From the IMG/VR virus record IMGVR_UViG_2548876926_000005: DNA of 64,000 bases, one strand, 5' to 3'. Under the pieces are notes generated by a model. The model was given only the letters and a program-made list of their open reading frames with translations. It made no database searches and was not told where the DNA came from. This DNA comes from a virus. Position numbers and translations under genes: made by a program. Positions 36,958 through 46,555 of this stretch are shown here, piece by piece; the first letter of the stretch is position 1, and every line of letters starts with the position of its first letter.

Positions 36958-38693
36958 TGACCACAACGACTGCGCGTACCGGCGGCAAATGGTATGGCCG
37001 ATTCCGCATCACACCCGCGAGCGTCCCGTCGCGCGTCGCGGTCGGTACCCCGACTATCACGACAGGGCCACTGACGATCCGGCCGACCAGCGTCCCCTCT
37101 CGGGTAGCGGTGGGCACGCCGACGATCACCTGGCCGCAAGACATCCGGCCCACGAGCGTTGCGTCACGCGTCGCGGTCGGTACCCCGAGCTTGATTCCGA
37201 TCGTCGCCCCGGCCAGCGTGCCCTCGCGTGCCGCGGTGGGCACCCCGACCGTCACCGTCGGGCCGGTGACCATCGCCCCGAGCGCTGTCCCCTCGCGGGT
37301 GGCGGTCGGTACCCCGAGCCTGGCGCAGGTCATCAAACCTGCCGCCGTACCCTCCCGCGCCGCGGTGGGCACCCCGAGCGTTGCCTACGTGGTCAAGCCG
37401 ACCGCGGTCCCGTCACGTGCTGCTGTCGGCACCCCCACCCTGATACCGGGCCCGGTCACCATCGCGCCCACCAGTGTTGCCTCGCGGGTGGCTGTTGGCA
37501 CGCCGACGATCACTCAGCCCGCCTCGGTCAACTACAACACCCAAGGCGTGGGCACCGAGACAACCAGCTCGCCGGCGACGTGCACCATTTCACCGAATGC
37601 TGGTGATGACGTGCTGGTGTTCTACTCGCTGGGATCGGGGGCGGTCTCGTCGGCGACCTACGGGGCGAGCAACCTGCCGATGATCTGTGGCGGGCAAGCA
37701 CTGTCCAACGGTGTGTTGATCGCGGCCTACCTCATCAGGAACGTCGCATCCGGTAGCGCGACGATCAATATCAACAAGACCGGTTCGAGCTGGGGGCAGG
37801 CCGTGGCCGTGTCCTATGCCGGCGCGCAGGGATTCCGGCCCGCGAAATCCGCTGTCGGCAACGGAACATCGTTCTCCCTGCCCGTCACCGTGCCGCTCAA
37901 CGGGCGCACCGTGCACGCGTTCACCCCCGGACAGAACAGCACCACCTTGTCGGCGCTGTCCGGCGGCACTAGCCGCTACCTCGACAACGTGGGGTTCTTG
38001 ACCCAATCGGTGCGTGACGCCGACGCGGCCACAACATTCGGTGGCACGCTCAGCGCGACCCGCGGTTGGGCCGCGCTCGGCGTCCCCCTGTGCGCGGTAG
38101 CCCCCACCGGGCCTATCCCGAAGTACAGCACCGGCACGGACGCCGACGGCATCAACGGCACCAAGACATTCGATGTCTACACCGCAGTCGGCGATTACGT
38201 CTACGCGATCGTCGGACAAACCGGGCCGGGTGATCCCTCGGCGGTCACCTGCGCCGGTACCGCCATGACGTTGCTCGACACCCTGACCTGGAACGCCGGA
38301 TCTGCCACCGGATTCATCAAGATCTACCGCAGCGCCGCGGCGATGACCTCGGCCGGCGCGAAAACCGTGTCGGTGACGGCCACTGGTGGCAACTGGTGGC
38401 GTGCCTTCGGATTGGCCGTATCCGGGGTTACCGCGCCTTCGGGCACCGTGACCAAGACCTCGGCGACCTCATCGCAACCCACACAGTCCATCACCTGCGC
38501 AGCCGACCAGCTGATCGTGCAGATATTCATCACCAGCGCAGCCCCGACCGGGACCGCGGGTGGGGCTGCGTTGTGGCTGACGCCCGGTGCCGGGCAGGTC
38601 TTCATGACCGTCAATGTTGCTGACGAGTCAACAACTTTCACCATCGCCAACACCTCCGTGAACTGGGGCGCGGCAGCCGTCGTGCTCAGTTGA
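36954..38693 (+). CDS. Tail fibre-like protein with 8 N-terminal repeats
   Basis: (I/V)xPxxV(P/A)SR(V/A)AVGTP x8, then beta-rich domains. Confidence 0.8.
   Translation: MMTTTTARTGGKWYGRFRITPASVPSRVAVGTPTITTGPLTIRPTSVPSRVAVGTPTITWPQDIRPTSVASRVAVGTPSLIPIVAPASVPSRAAVGTPTVTVGPVTIAPSAVPSRVAVGTPSLAQVIKPAAVPSRAAVGTPSVAYVVKPTAVPSRAAVGTPTLIPGPVTIAPTSVASRVAVGTPTITQPASVNYNTQGVGTETTSSPATCTISPNAGDDVLVFYSLGSGAVSSATYGASNLPMICGGQALSNGVLIAAYLIRNVASGSATININKTGSSWGQAVAVSYAGAQGFRPAKSAVGNGTSFSLPVTVPLNGRTVHAFTPGQNSTTLSALSGGTSRYLDNVGFLTQSVRDADAATTFGGTLSATRGWAALGVPLCAVAPTGPIPKYSTGTDADGINGTKTFDVYTAVGDYVYAIVGQTGPGDPSAVTCAGTAMTLLDTLTWNAGSATGFIKIYRSAAAMTSAGAKTVSVTATGGNWWRAFGLAVSGVTAPSGTVTKTSATSSQPTQSITCAADQLIVQIFITSAAPTGTAGGAALWLTPGAGQVFMTVNVADESTTFTIANTSVNWGAAAVVLS
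37008..37520 (+). repeat. Coding tandem repeat (8 units of 20-23 aa)
   Basis: SRVAVGTP/SRAAVGTP repeated with synonymous divergence. Confidence 0.9.
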
Positions 38694-38720
38694 CACAACC
38701 AGAAAGAGAGAAATATCCAA

Positions 38721-39128
38721 ATGGCAAACATCATGTACGACAAGGCATATGAGGCGTTCGGCAACGGGCAAATCAACTGGCTTGCCGACACCATCAAGGT
38801 CGTTCTGGTGGACACCGGCGCCTACACCCTGAACGCGGCCACCCACGAATTCCTATCGGACATCCCCAGCGGTGCGCGTGTGGCCACCTCGGCGGCGCTG
38901 GCGGGTAAGACGAACGTGCTCGGCGTGCTGGACGCGGGCGACGCATCCTGGCCCGCAGTTGCGGGCCCCAGCGGAGAAGCGGTCGTGATTTTCAAAGACA
39001 CCGGCACGGCCGGAACGTCGCGGCTGATCTTCTACTTAGACACGGCCTCGGGGCTGCCTGTGACACCCAACGGCGGCGACATCAACATCCAGTGGAACAA
39101 CGGCACCGACAAAATTGGCCGACTGTGA
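38721..39128 (+). CDS. Conserved virion/tail protein
   Basis: DTIKVVLVD...TPNGGDINIQW. Confidence 0.75.
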   Translation: MANIMYDKAYEAFGNGQINWLADTIKVVLVDTGAYTLNAATHEFLSDIPSGARVATSAALAGKTNVLGVLDAGDASWPAVAGPSGEAVVIFKDTGTAGTSRLIFYLDTASGLPVTPNGGDINIQWNNGTDKIGRL

Positions 39129-39280
39129 TGACGACATGGCCGGTCAAGGTCGGCGCGCTATGTCTCGCCGTCGCGGGAGCGACAGGGGTTCTGACGTTCG
39201 TCGTCGCAACCCGCTTTGCGCCCGGCGAGCGACCCCGCGATCCGCGAATCACCGAGGCGCGAGGCAGATTCGGCTGGTGA
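39128..39280 (+). CDS. Small membrane protein
   Basis: One hydrophobic helix; coupled start. Confidence 0.6.
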   Translation: MTTWPVKVGALCLAVAGATGVLTFVVATRFAPGERPRDPRITEARGRFGW

Positions 39281-39338
39281 CGCTGCGCGGCATCAACACC
39301 CGCGCGGCGCTACCTTCCGAAACGGAAAGCGAGACACC

Positions 39339-39602
39339 ATGAAACCCATCGTCAAATGGCTCATCAAGACAGCCATCGAAGCCACCCGCGAATACTTTCA
39401 CGAGCATCCCGAGGTCGGCGACGAAGCCGCGGCGGCTGTCGCGACGAAGATCGGTAGCGCACTGCCCAAATTCGTCGACTCGTTGACGAACCTGACACCG
39501 TGGCAGTGGGATGACAAGGCGCTCGACGGCCTGGCCGAACGCGTCGCGAAACTGCTACCGGAGTTGGCGCGCCAATTCCTGGAATTCGGCCCGCGGCCAT
39601 GA
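39339..39602 (+). CDS. Hypothetical protein preceding lysin A
   Basis: LTNLTPWQWDDKALD; ATGA overlap with lysA. Confidence 0.75.
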   Translation: MKPIVKWLIKTAIEATREYFHEHPEVGDEAAAAVATKIGSALPKFVDSLTNLTPWQWDDKALDGLAERVAKLLPELARQFLEFGPRP

Positions 39603-41101
39603 GTTTCGTATGGTTCCGGCCCGAGGGCCCGCTGCGATCCCGCGAGCAGATTGCCCGCGAGGTGCACGCTGTGTCCCTGGCCCGTGGTCTTGACGAACTC
39701 GCCTCGGTGCTGACGCTGATGTGCATCGACGTCGAGGTGGGCGCCGCCGACGACAACGGGGAGCGGCAGTGGTGGTGTCCGTGGAATGCCAATGATCCGA
39801 CGTCGAAGAACTATCCGCACGATTCGCAGTCCGATGATGGACGCTCGGTGGGGTACTGCCAGCAGCAGAACGGCGCCGCCGGTGAGGTGGTGTCGGGCAG
39901 CGACAACTGGTGGGGTCCGATGCGCTCGCGGATGACGCTGGCGCTGGCGGTCGATGTGTTTCAGACACGGCTGGCTGACGACTACGGGCGCGCGGCCGGA
40001 AACCCGAAGCTGGCAGGGGAGTTCGTGCAGCGGGTGCAACGATCGGGGTACCCGGACCGCTATGCCGAACGCTGGGACGAAGCGTGGGCGGTGCTGCGGC
40101 GCGCGCTTGCGCAAGGGCCCGTCACCCCGAAACCTCCGCTACCGCTGATCGGCACGGGTAGCCCGATCACGGGTTCGCGGCTGACGTCGAATCGGTACGT
40201 CGGCCGCGGCGGTAAGACGCCGCGCTGGATCGTGGTGCACACGCAGGAAGGTGGGCGCTCGGCGTGGGATCTGGCCGGGTTCCTGATTTCCACGCAGGGC
40301 ACATCGGGGGCGGTGTCGTACAACGCGTGCGTCGACGACACCGAAACTGTGCTGACCGTGAGCTGGGACGACACCCCGTGGTCGGCGGTCAACGCCAACC
40401 CGTATGCATTCCACATCTGCATGGCCGGTTCCTACTCGGGCTGGGACCGCGGCAAGTGGCTCGAAACCGATGCCCGCGACGGCAAGAACGAAGACCTCCA
40501 GCTGACCCGGACCGCGCAGCTGATCGCGTGGCTGTGCCGCACCTACGACATCCCCGCCGACTACATCGGGGGCAGCGGAATCCCTTGGGGCCGCGACGGT
40601 ATCTGCGGACACCGCGACTTCGGTAGCTGGGGCGGCGGACACACCGACCCCGGCCCGGACTTCCCGTGGGACGAGCTGATCCGGCGCGTCCGCCTCTACC
40701 TCGACACCAACACAGGAGATGAAGACATGGCCCAGGTACCACAATCGGAATGGCAGGAAGTCATCGATTACGTTCGCGCGCAGAACACCCCGATCCCATC
40801 GGCCTCGCCGCTACGGCACCTCGGGGAAGGCAACGTGAACACCCGCGCCAACCTGGCGCGCGCCATCGACGCCAACCAGCACGTGACCGCAGTAGTCACC
40901 CTGGCCAAGGAAGGCCACACACCCTCGATCGCGCTGCTCTGGGAGGTATCGACCGCGGCCGACAACCCCGGCAAGTACCCGGACCGGCAGGAAGACGCCA
41001 AGCTCGCCAAGACGCTGCTGGCCAGCATCAGCAAGACCAAGAAAGCCGTCGCCGCCGAGGACATCGAAGCATGGCTCGACGCCGAGAAGGCTGCCGCATG
41101 A
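39599..41101 (+). CDS. lysA: Lysin A (lysozyme-like N-domain plus Zn amidase)
   Basis: QRVQRSGYPDRY; IVVHTQEG, GHRD, HTDPG. Confidence 0.92.
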   Translation: MSFVWFRPEGPLRSREQIAREVHAVSLARGLDELASVLTLMCIDVEVGAADDNGERQWWCPWNANDPTSKNYPHDSQSDDGRSVGYCQQQNGAAGEVVSGSDNWWGPMRSRMTLALAVDVFQTRLADDYGRAAGNPKLAGEFVQRVQRSGYPDRYAERWDEAWAVLRRALAQGPVTPKPPLPLIGTGSPITGSRLTSNRYVGRGGKTPRWIVVHTQEGGRSAWDLAGFLISTQGTSGAVSYNACVDDTETVLTVSWDDTPWSAVNANPYAFHICMAGSYSGWDRGKWLETDARDGKNEDLQLTRTAQLIAWLCRTYDIPADYIGGSGIPWGRDGICGHRDFGSWGGGHTDPGPDFPWDELIRRVRLYLDTNTGDEDMAQVPQSEWQEVIDYVRAQNTPIPSASPLRHLGEGNVNTRANLARAIDANQHVTAVVTLAKEGHTPSIALLWEVSTAADNPGKYPDRQEDAKLAKTLLASISKTKKAVAAEDIEAWLDAEKAAA

Positions 41102-42264
41102 ACGGGCCCGACGGGAAGTGGATCGGCTACGGCGAAGGCGACGTATCCGACGCGGTAATCCCGATCGAACACCGCCTCGTGCACGCCTACCCGAAAAACA
41201 GTCACGCCATCGAGCACGGCGTCGCCGTGGATCGCACGTACACCGCGGGCACCGCCCGCGCGGTGCGGGATCTGACGGCGTTCATGAACAACGACCCACG
41301 CGAGCGGGAACGGCTGGCGCGCATGGGCATCGCCACCCCACTGCGCAGCGACGGCGTCGCCAACCTCGACGTGCGCAAGGCCATCGGCGCCTACGTCGAA
41401 GCCCCCGCCAACCCGCCGGCGTCCAAGTATCCGATCCAGGGCGTGTGGGCCGATTCGCGGGCGTTCCTGAACCCGCCCACCGCGCATAGTTTCGTCAAGG
41501 CCACCAACGATTTCCGCGACGAAGCGATGCGCCTGTACCGGCCGATGGCAGGTACCCCGATCTGGCTTCTCGGCTACAGCATGGGCGGCGATTCGGTGCG
41601 CAAGATCCTGGAGGCCATGCCGCCCGAATGGCGCCGATACGTCGTTGGCGTGACCACGTTCGGTGACCCGTCGATGCCCGCCGAGGGCAGCTTGCTTGGC
41701 GATGATCCCGGCGAGGGTATCTCCAAATCGCCGCAGCCCTCCTGGGTGCGAGACCGCTACTGGTCGTACTCGATCGACGGCGACTGGTACCCGCGGGCAC
41801 GCGGTCTGCTGTTCCTGCTCTACGAGGTGCTCACCCGTGCAGAGCTGACAATGGAATTCGCGCTCTACCTGTTCACCGAGTTCCCGAAGCAAGCGTTTCA
41901 ACAGCTCATCGGGCAGGCCCCCAGCGCGGATCCGTTGGCCGGGGTGCTGGCCGGGCTGGCGGGCATGATGACCTCGGGGCCGCTCGGTACGGTCGGCGCC
42001 TTGCTCAATCCGTTGCAGCTGTTCGCGATCCTGCCCGATCTTGTGCGCCTGCTGTTCGACGCCATCAAGTTCGTGGCCACCAACGCGCACGGCAAGTACG
42101 GCGACCCCGCCTATGCGCTGTGGGACGGCCTGACCGCCGTCGACCACGCAGCCGCCACCATCCGCCGCGTGGCGCCCGGCGGCTGCACCCTGTTCCTGCT
42201 GCCGGGCACGTGGGCGAACTGGAACCAAGGATTTCCGTTCGACGTCGCTGCACAACTGCAATAG
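41098..42264 (+). CDS. lysB: Lysin B (cutinase-like esterase), apparently circularly permuted
   Basis: GYSMG nucleophile, FGDP, GDWY, AHGKY; LFLLPGT at the C-terminus. Confidence 0.88.
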   Translation: MNGPDGKWIGYGEGDVSDAVIPIEHRLVHAYPKNSHAIEHGVAVDRTYTAGTARAVRDLTAFMNNDPRERERLARMGIATPLRSDGVANLDVRKAIGAYVEAPANPPASKYPIQGVWADSRAFLNPPTAHSFVKATNDFRDEAMRLYRPMAGTPIWLLGYSMGGDSVRKILEAMPPEWRRYVVGVTTFGDPSMPAEGSLLGDDPGEGISKSPQPSWVRDRYWSYSIDGDWYPRARGLLFLLYEVLTRAELTMEFALYLFTEFPKQAFQQLIGQAPSADPLAGVLAGLAGMMTSGPLGTVGALLNPLQLFAILPDLVRLLFDAIKFVATNAHGKYGDPAYALWDGLTAVDHAAATIRRVAPGGCTLFLLPGTWANWNQGFPFDVAAQLQ

Positions 42265-42278
42265 GAGAGGCAATCATC

Positions 42279-42518
42279 ATGTACACCTGGGCATTCTGGA
42301 GAGAGCTGGGCGAGCGCGCGCTGCGTGCTGCCGCCGCTGCACTGATGGGTGTGTTCGTCGGCGACAAGACCGTCGCCACTGTCGACTGGCGATTCACGGC
42401 CGCTGCGGTCGCGACAGCTGTTCTGGTGTCGGTGTGCTCGTCGCTGCTGGCCAGCCGCCGCACCGAGGGCGACGACGCACCACGCACCGCGTCGTTCCTG
42501 ACCGGGGGCCGCGGGTAG
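42279..42518 (+). CDS. Holin (r1t-like)
   Basis: FWRELGERALR, two TM helices. Confidence 0.85.
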   Translation: MYTWAFWRELGERALRAAAAALMGVFVGDKTVATVDWRFTAAAVATAVLVSVCSSLLASRRTEGDDAPRTASFLTGGRG

Positions 42519-42871
42519 TGCCCGACCTGACACCGTTCAACGCCGACGACATCTGGGATCTCGGTGTGGTTGCGATCTACTCGATACCCCCAACGATCGC
42601 AGCGGCTGCAGCCCTGCTGACGTACTGGAGAGGACGCAGCGAGGACCGGGAACGGCTGACCAAGGTGCACCAAACAGCCGCTGCGGCTGCCGAAGCCGCC
42701 ACCGCAACCAAACAACAGGTCCAGAACGGACATACGACGAACTATCGCGACGACTTCGACGGTGTCAGCCGGAAAATCGATCTACTCGTCGACCGCGTCA
42801 ACATGATTCAGACCAACGTGGAGTTGCTGCAGGACTCGCACACAGCACTGGTCAAACGCTTAGGAGGCTGA
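42518..42871 (+). CDS. Membrane protein (DUF2746-like)
   Basis: TM helix plus QVQNGHTTNYRDD. Confidence 0.8.
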   Translation: MPDLTPFNADDIWDLGVVAIYSIPPTIAAAAALLTYWRGRSEDRERLTKVHQTAAAAAEAATATKQQVQNGHTTNYRDDFDGVSRKIDLLVDRVNMIQTNVELLQDSHTALVKRLGG

Positions 42872-42875
42872 GCAC

Positions 42876-43424
42876 GTGACCGACATCGCCGATATCCCGT
42901 GGTTCAAATGCGTTGGCCTGTACGGCAACATAGTCCCCGACACCCTCGACAGCGGCTACCGTCCGGACCATTTCAAACCGTGGGGCGCGGTGACATTCAC
43001 GCCCCGGATCGCGGGCCCGGACAACAAGCTGGACCCGCCCGAGCCGCAGTTCCGGCTCACCGCACACACACCGCCGATCACGCTGCTACTCGTGCCGTTC
43101 GACGCCAGGATCGAAAACGGGGTGTTGAAGCTGCCGCGGCTCGACGCGCCGGCAGGGGAGAACCCGACACCGACCGAAATCGACCAGCAGCGCGCCAGCG
43201 TCGGACTGGACATGATCGCGAATTCACCTGCCCTGCAACTGGCGTCGGGATACAAGCTGGTCTACCAAGTGCAGTTCGGGACCATGAAGGTCTTGGGCAA
43301 GGAACACACCTTCGAGTCGTTCTGGTTTGTCGCACCGACCGTCGCTGACTTCACGACCGAGCCGACATGGACCCCGCCCACAATCGACCTGACAGTCGTC
43401 GAACGATTCACGCCGGTGATGTAG
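42876..43424 (+). CDS. Hypothetical, possible minor tail protein
   Basis: AGGAGG upstream; GAVTFTP motif. Confidence 0.7.
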   Translation: MTDIADIPWFKCVGLYGNIVPDTLDSGYRPDHFKPWGAVTFTPRIAGPDNKLDPPEPQFRLTAHTPPITLLLVPFDARIENGVLKLPRLDAPAGENPTPTEIDQQRASVGLDMIANSPALQLASGYKLVYQVQFGTMKVLGKEHTFESFWFVAPTVADFTTEPTWTPPTIDLTVVERFTPVM

Positions 43425-43446
43425 AGGCGGGAAAATATACCGGCAT

Positions 43447-43647
43447 TTATACCGACTGCGGGGCCGGTTCGGCCTCGTGTGGGTTGTCGATCCAGTCGGA
43501 CGGATCGAGATGTGTCCATTGGCCGCTGGGGTTGTCGCCCTCGGCGATAGCCTGCTCATCGGTCACCGGCGCCGGGTAGAAATGGATCGCGCCGTCGCAG
43601 GTGACGCATGTACCTGTCTTCTGAAAACGCTTGATCGCGGTCATCAC
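43447..43647 (-). CDS. Small CxxC/His protein
   Basis: CVTC...WTH...HEA.P. Confidence 0.65.
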   Translation of the reverse strand: MMTAIKRFQKTGTCVTCDGAIHFYPAPVTDEQAIAEGDNPSGQWTHLDPSDWIDNPHEAEPAPQSV

Positions 43648-43700
43648 CCAATGGTGAACGACAACGCGCCAACCGCCCGCACAGCTCGGTGGTCCGATGG

Positions 43701-44129
43701 TCAGATGGCGCGCGGGTACCAGTCGGGAATTTGATCGGCGGGACGAGGGTACTTCGCTAAGTCCTCGATGTAGGTCTCATCGGTCGGCTGCACAGTCCAA
43801 TTGGGAAGCTCGGTGTAGTTGTAATCGAAGGAGCATTTTCCATCTGGCTGAGCGGTCAAAGTTACGGAAAGCCATGCGCCGTTGCCTTGAGAGGCCATTA
43901 TTTCCCGAAGATCCTTGAAGGCCCGGATCATGTCAATTGGAGACTTGACAATGTCGGTCTGGCCGTCATCCGTCGTTACTGCGACCTTCGACTCTGCGAC
44001 GGACCCCGCCTTGCGGTACTCCACTGTCGCCACCCTCCAGCCTGCCGGTGGAAGGGCGTCGAACAGCGGCTTGACGACCTTGGTCTGCGCGTCTCCGAGC
44101 TGGACCAGGTACGGCGGTTGATCAGTCAC
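43701..44129 (-). CDS. Immunity protein (YezG/DUF600-like)
   Basis: Directly downstream of toxin; LR..M.....AW......G....DYNY; YPR....PDW; GAGGGGA RBS. Confidence 0.85.
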   Translation of the reverse strand: MTDQPPYLVQLGDAQTKVVKPLFDALPPAGWRVATVEYRKAGSVAESKVAVTTDDGQTDIVKSPIDMIRAFKDLREIMASQGNGAWLSVTLTAQPDGKCSFDYNYTELPNWTVQPTDETYIEDLAKYPRPADQIPDWYPRAI

Positions 44130-44140
44130 TTCTTCCCCTC

Positions 44141-45946
44141 CTAATTGTCAAAATGGTAGGTACTGTTGAGTTTTCCGTCAACGTATGTCTCGACTGTGTA
44201 GGACTCAGGGCGCAACGAATCTCCCGGATACGCAATATCAACCTTCACCTGAACTTGCCCTCCTTGCTCGGCAAGCTGTCGCCATTGCGCTTCGAGGTTG
44301 TAATAGTCACGGGCCCCAACTTGATTGAGCGTATCCCGCATCGCAGTGATATTGATCGCCTCACCCGGACCACCGAATTGCGTACCGAATATGTGGCCAC
44401 CCTGGTCTCCGGGCAGCCGGTCGGGACCACCAGCGATCCTCTGTTGATGGCCGTTCCGGTCCCCCGGTTCCGCTCCATTGTCGTACGTCATCTCGGCATG
44501 GCCGACGCGGCGCTGCTCGTCGGTGGTGTATTGGAACCGGTCATCTACGTTGTAGTGAGTATTCGGCGCGGGCTTGTTGAGTTCTTGATTCCATCCACCG
44601 GGACCGCCAGATTCCGTCGACACGTGATTCAGGTCTGGTGCATGGCTTGCTCCGCCGTGGTCACCGATCGTGCCTGAGTGCTCACCTGTGACCGGGCCTA
44701 TCTCACCACTGCTATGGCCACCGCTGGGAACGTCGGCGTGGGGGTGCGGTGGCCCGTCGAAAAGATGTCCACCAGGCAGGTCGTGGAGCATGCCGGCCGA
44801 GTCAGGTATAGCGCCACGCGCGGCTGCGCCCTCTTCAACCCCAAGCCGACCAAGCGCACCCTCCCCACCGAGCGGCGCTGTCCCCCCGATAATGGCGCCG
44901 TCGACCGTGGTCTTGCCGATGTTCTCGGGAATCTTCTCGGGATGCTGGTACGAGGTGACGGCCTGATCGATCACGTTCTTGGCGTCTTCGGCCATCGCAG
45001 CACCGGGGAACAGTGTGCGCTCGACCTGATGCTCAAGACCTTTCGCGCTGTTCGTCCATGATTCGGCGAACTTGTCGGCGCCGTTAAGTCCCGCCTTGCT
45101 TTTGACCTCGTCGATCGTTCCGTCGATGCGGTCGTTGGCGCCTTTGAGGAACTGTTTGGCCACGCCAGAGCCGAAGCCGTCCTGCGGTTTGGGGGCGCCG
45201 GGCATCTTGTCGAGTGCCCCGACCGTTCCGGTGAGGCTGCCCGCCTTGCTGGGGTCCATGGTCAGTTTGTCGCCCGCGCCCGGTGTCTTCGGGTACCACT
45301 CTTTGTAGTTCGCCTGAGTGTCGGCGCCCACAGCGGCGGCGGCCTTCGTTGCGCCGGGCTCACCGTCGGGGTTCGCGGTGGCCAGGTTCTGCACCCCGCC
45401 GAACACACCATCCGGTTTGACAGCTGAGTTCGGGGTGGTTGGTAGCGCCCCGCTGGGCCCGGCCCCGGTCGGTGGTTCCTTGGCTGCCTTGACGGCTGCG
45501 GCCAGGTCGGCGTTCGCGGCGTCGCCGGCTTGTTGTAGCTGGCGCAGGGTGTTCTGGATGTAGCTCAGCTCGTTCTTGTCGTAGTCACCCTGCGGGGGTG
45601 TGACCTTGCCAGTCGCCATGTCGATCGTGAACCCGCCGTTGGCGGCGTCCTTCTCGATCTTGGCTAGCAGCTGTTTGACGCCTTCGAATTCGTCGGCGGC
45701 GCGGCGGATCTTCGCGGCGGCAGCCGTCTTCGATTCGGCGCTACCGCTGAGCAGCTTGCCGAACCCGTCAAGCTCGTGGTGGGCGGCGTCCCCGGACACC
45801 CCTTTCCACGCGTCCCCGGCGATCGGTAACCGGCCGACGCCGGTCTTCATATCGTTATTCGCGGTCGCCATCCCGTCGAGGGCGGTGGCCACGTCGCGGA
45901 ACGACTGGATGTCGGCGCGCTTGATATCAGCCGGGGATAGCGCCAC
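44141..45946 (-). CDS. ESX-secreted polymorphic toxin: WXG-like N-terminus, C-terminal DNA/RNA non-specific endonuclease (YeeF-like)
   Basis: AWKG; His/Gly linker; DQGGHIFGTQFGG...N...M...LN...LE.QW. Confidence 0.9.
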   Translation of the reverse strand: MALSPADIKRADIQSFRDVATALDGMATANNDMKTGVGRLPIAGDAWKGVSGDAAHHELDGFGKLLSGSAESKTAAAAKIRRAADEFEGVKQLLAKIEKDAANGGFTIDMATGKVTPPQGDYDKNELSYIQNTLRQLQQAGDAANADLAAAVKAAKEPPTGAGPSGALPTTPNSAVKPDGVFGGVQNLATANPDGEPGATKAAAAVGADTQANYKEWYPKTPGAGDKLTMDPSKAGSLTGTVGALDKMPGAPKPQDGFGSGVAKQFLKGANDRIDGTIDEVKSKAGLNGADKFAESWTNSAKGLEHQVERTLFPGAAMAEDAKNVIDQAVTSYQHPEKIPENIGKTTVDGAIIGGTAPLGGEGALGRLGVEEGAAARGAIPDSAGMLHDLPGGHLFDGPPHPHADVPSGGHSSGEIGPVTGEHSGTIGDHGGASHAPDLNHVSTESGGPGGWNQELNKPAPNTHYNVDDRFQYTTDEQRRVGHAEMTYDNGAEPGDRNGHQQRIAGGPDRLPGDQGGHIFGTQFGGPGEAINITAMRDTLNQVGARDYYNLEAQWRQLAEQGGQVQVKVDIAYPGDSLRPESYTVETYVDGKLNSTYHFDN

Positions 45947-45949
45947 GGG

Positions 45950-46261
45950 CTAGACCTTCGGCAGCCGGGTCTGCAGGATGTTCACCGCGGTCTGTTCCTC
46001 GGTGTTGGCGAAGGCATAGCCGATGCGGTCGAACGCGTCGCGGTAGTGGGACGATTCGTCCTCGATGTGCCGCGACTGGCCCTGCCATTCGGTCGATTCC
46101 GATCCCAACGCCGCAGCGGCGTCACCCACCCACCCCGACATGGCCGCGCTGATCAGACCGTGCGCTTTGGTGTGGGCCGCGCGGTGCGCCGCCTGTAGCC
46201 GATCCATCTCGTCAGCCGCGCGGTGCAGCAACTCGGGATTGACCTGCAGATGTCCGGCCAT
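45950..46261 (-). CDS. WXG100 family protein
   Basis: 103 aa, central WVG, Y...E near C-terminus; GGGAGG RBS. Confidence 0.92.
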   Translation of the reverse strand: MAGHLQVNPELLHRAADEMDRLQAAHRAAHTKAHGLISAAMSGWVGDAAAALGSESTEWQGQSRHIEDESSHYRDAFDRIGYAFANTEEQTAVNILQTRLPKV

Positions 46262-46441
46262 ATGCCCCGCCTCCCCGTCGAAGACCTGATGCGTTGAACG
46301 CCCTGTAGCTAACAGATAGAGGTGACCCTACTACCGGGGATGCGAGGCCGCTAAGCGGTCGGGCAAGAGTCGATGGCAGGCGCGCTCGGGTTATGGCCGA
46401 TTCGGGTACCACTAAGGCACCATTAATTCGTCGTATGTCCG

Positions 46442-46555
46442 TGTAGCGGGGTGGTGTCGGATGTAGCGCAGAGGCGCGCATCAAACGCTATAACCGCTGC
46501 TAGATCGGCATTTACATGTAGCGCTTGACAGTCCAATATAGTCCGTTGTAGCGCA
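46442..46555 (+). repeat. Four TGTAGCG direct repeats next to the att core
   Basis: Copies at 46442, 46462, 46517, 46547; near-match inverted at 46486. Confidence 0.75.

Noticed and set aside
34831..38693. Diversity-generating retroelement or invertible tail-fibre cassette
   Set aside because: No reverse transcriptase, invertase or template/variable repeat pair was seen
46262..46480. Integrase or a short gene at the junction (ORF 46212-46484)
   Set aside because: Too short, no recombinase motifs, and it overlaps the WXG100 gene and its RBS; the integrases are expected at the outer ends, outside the window
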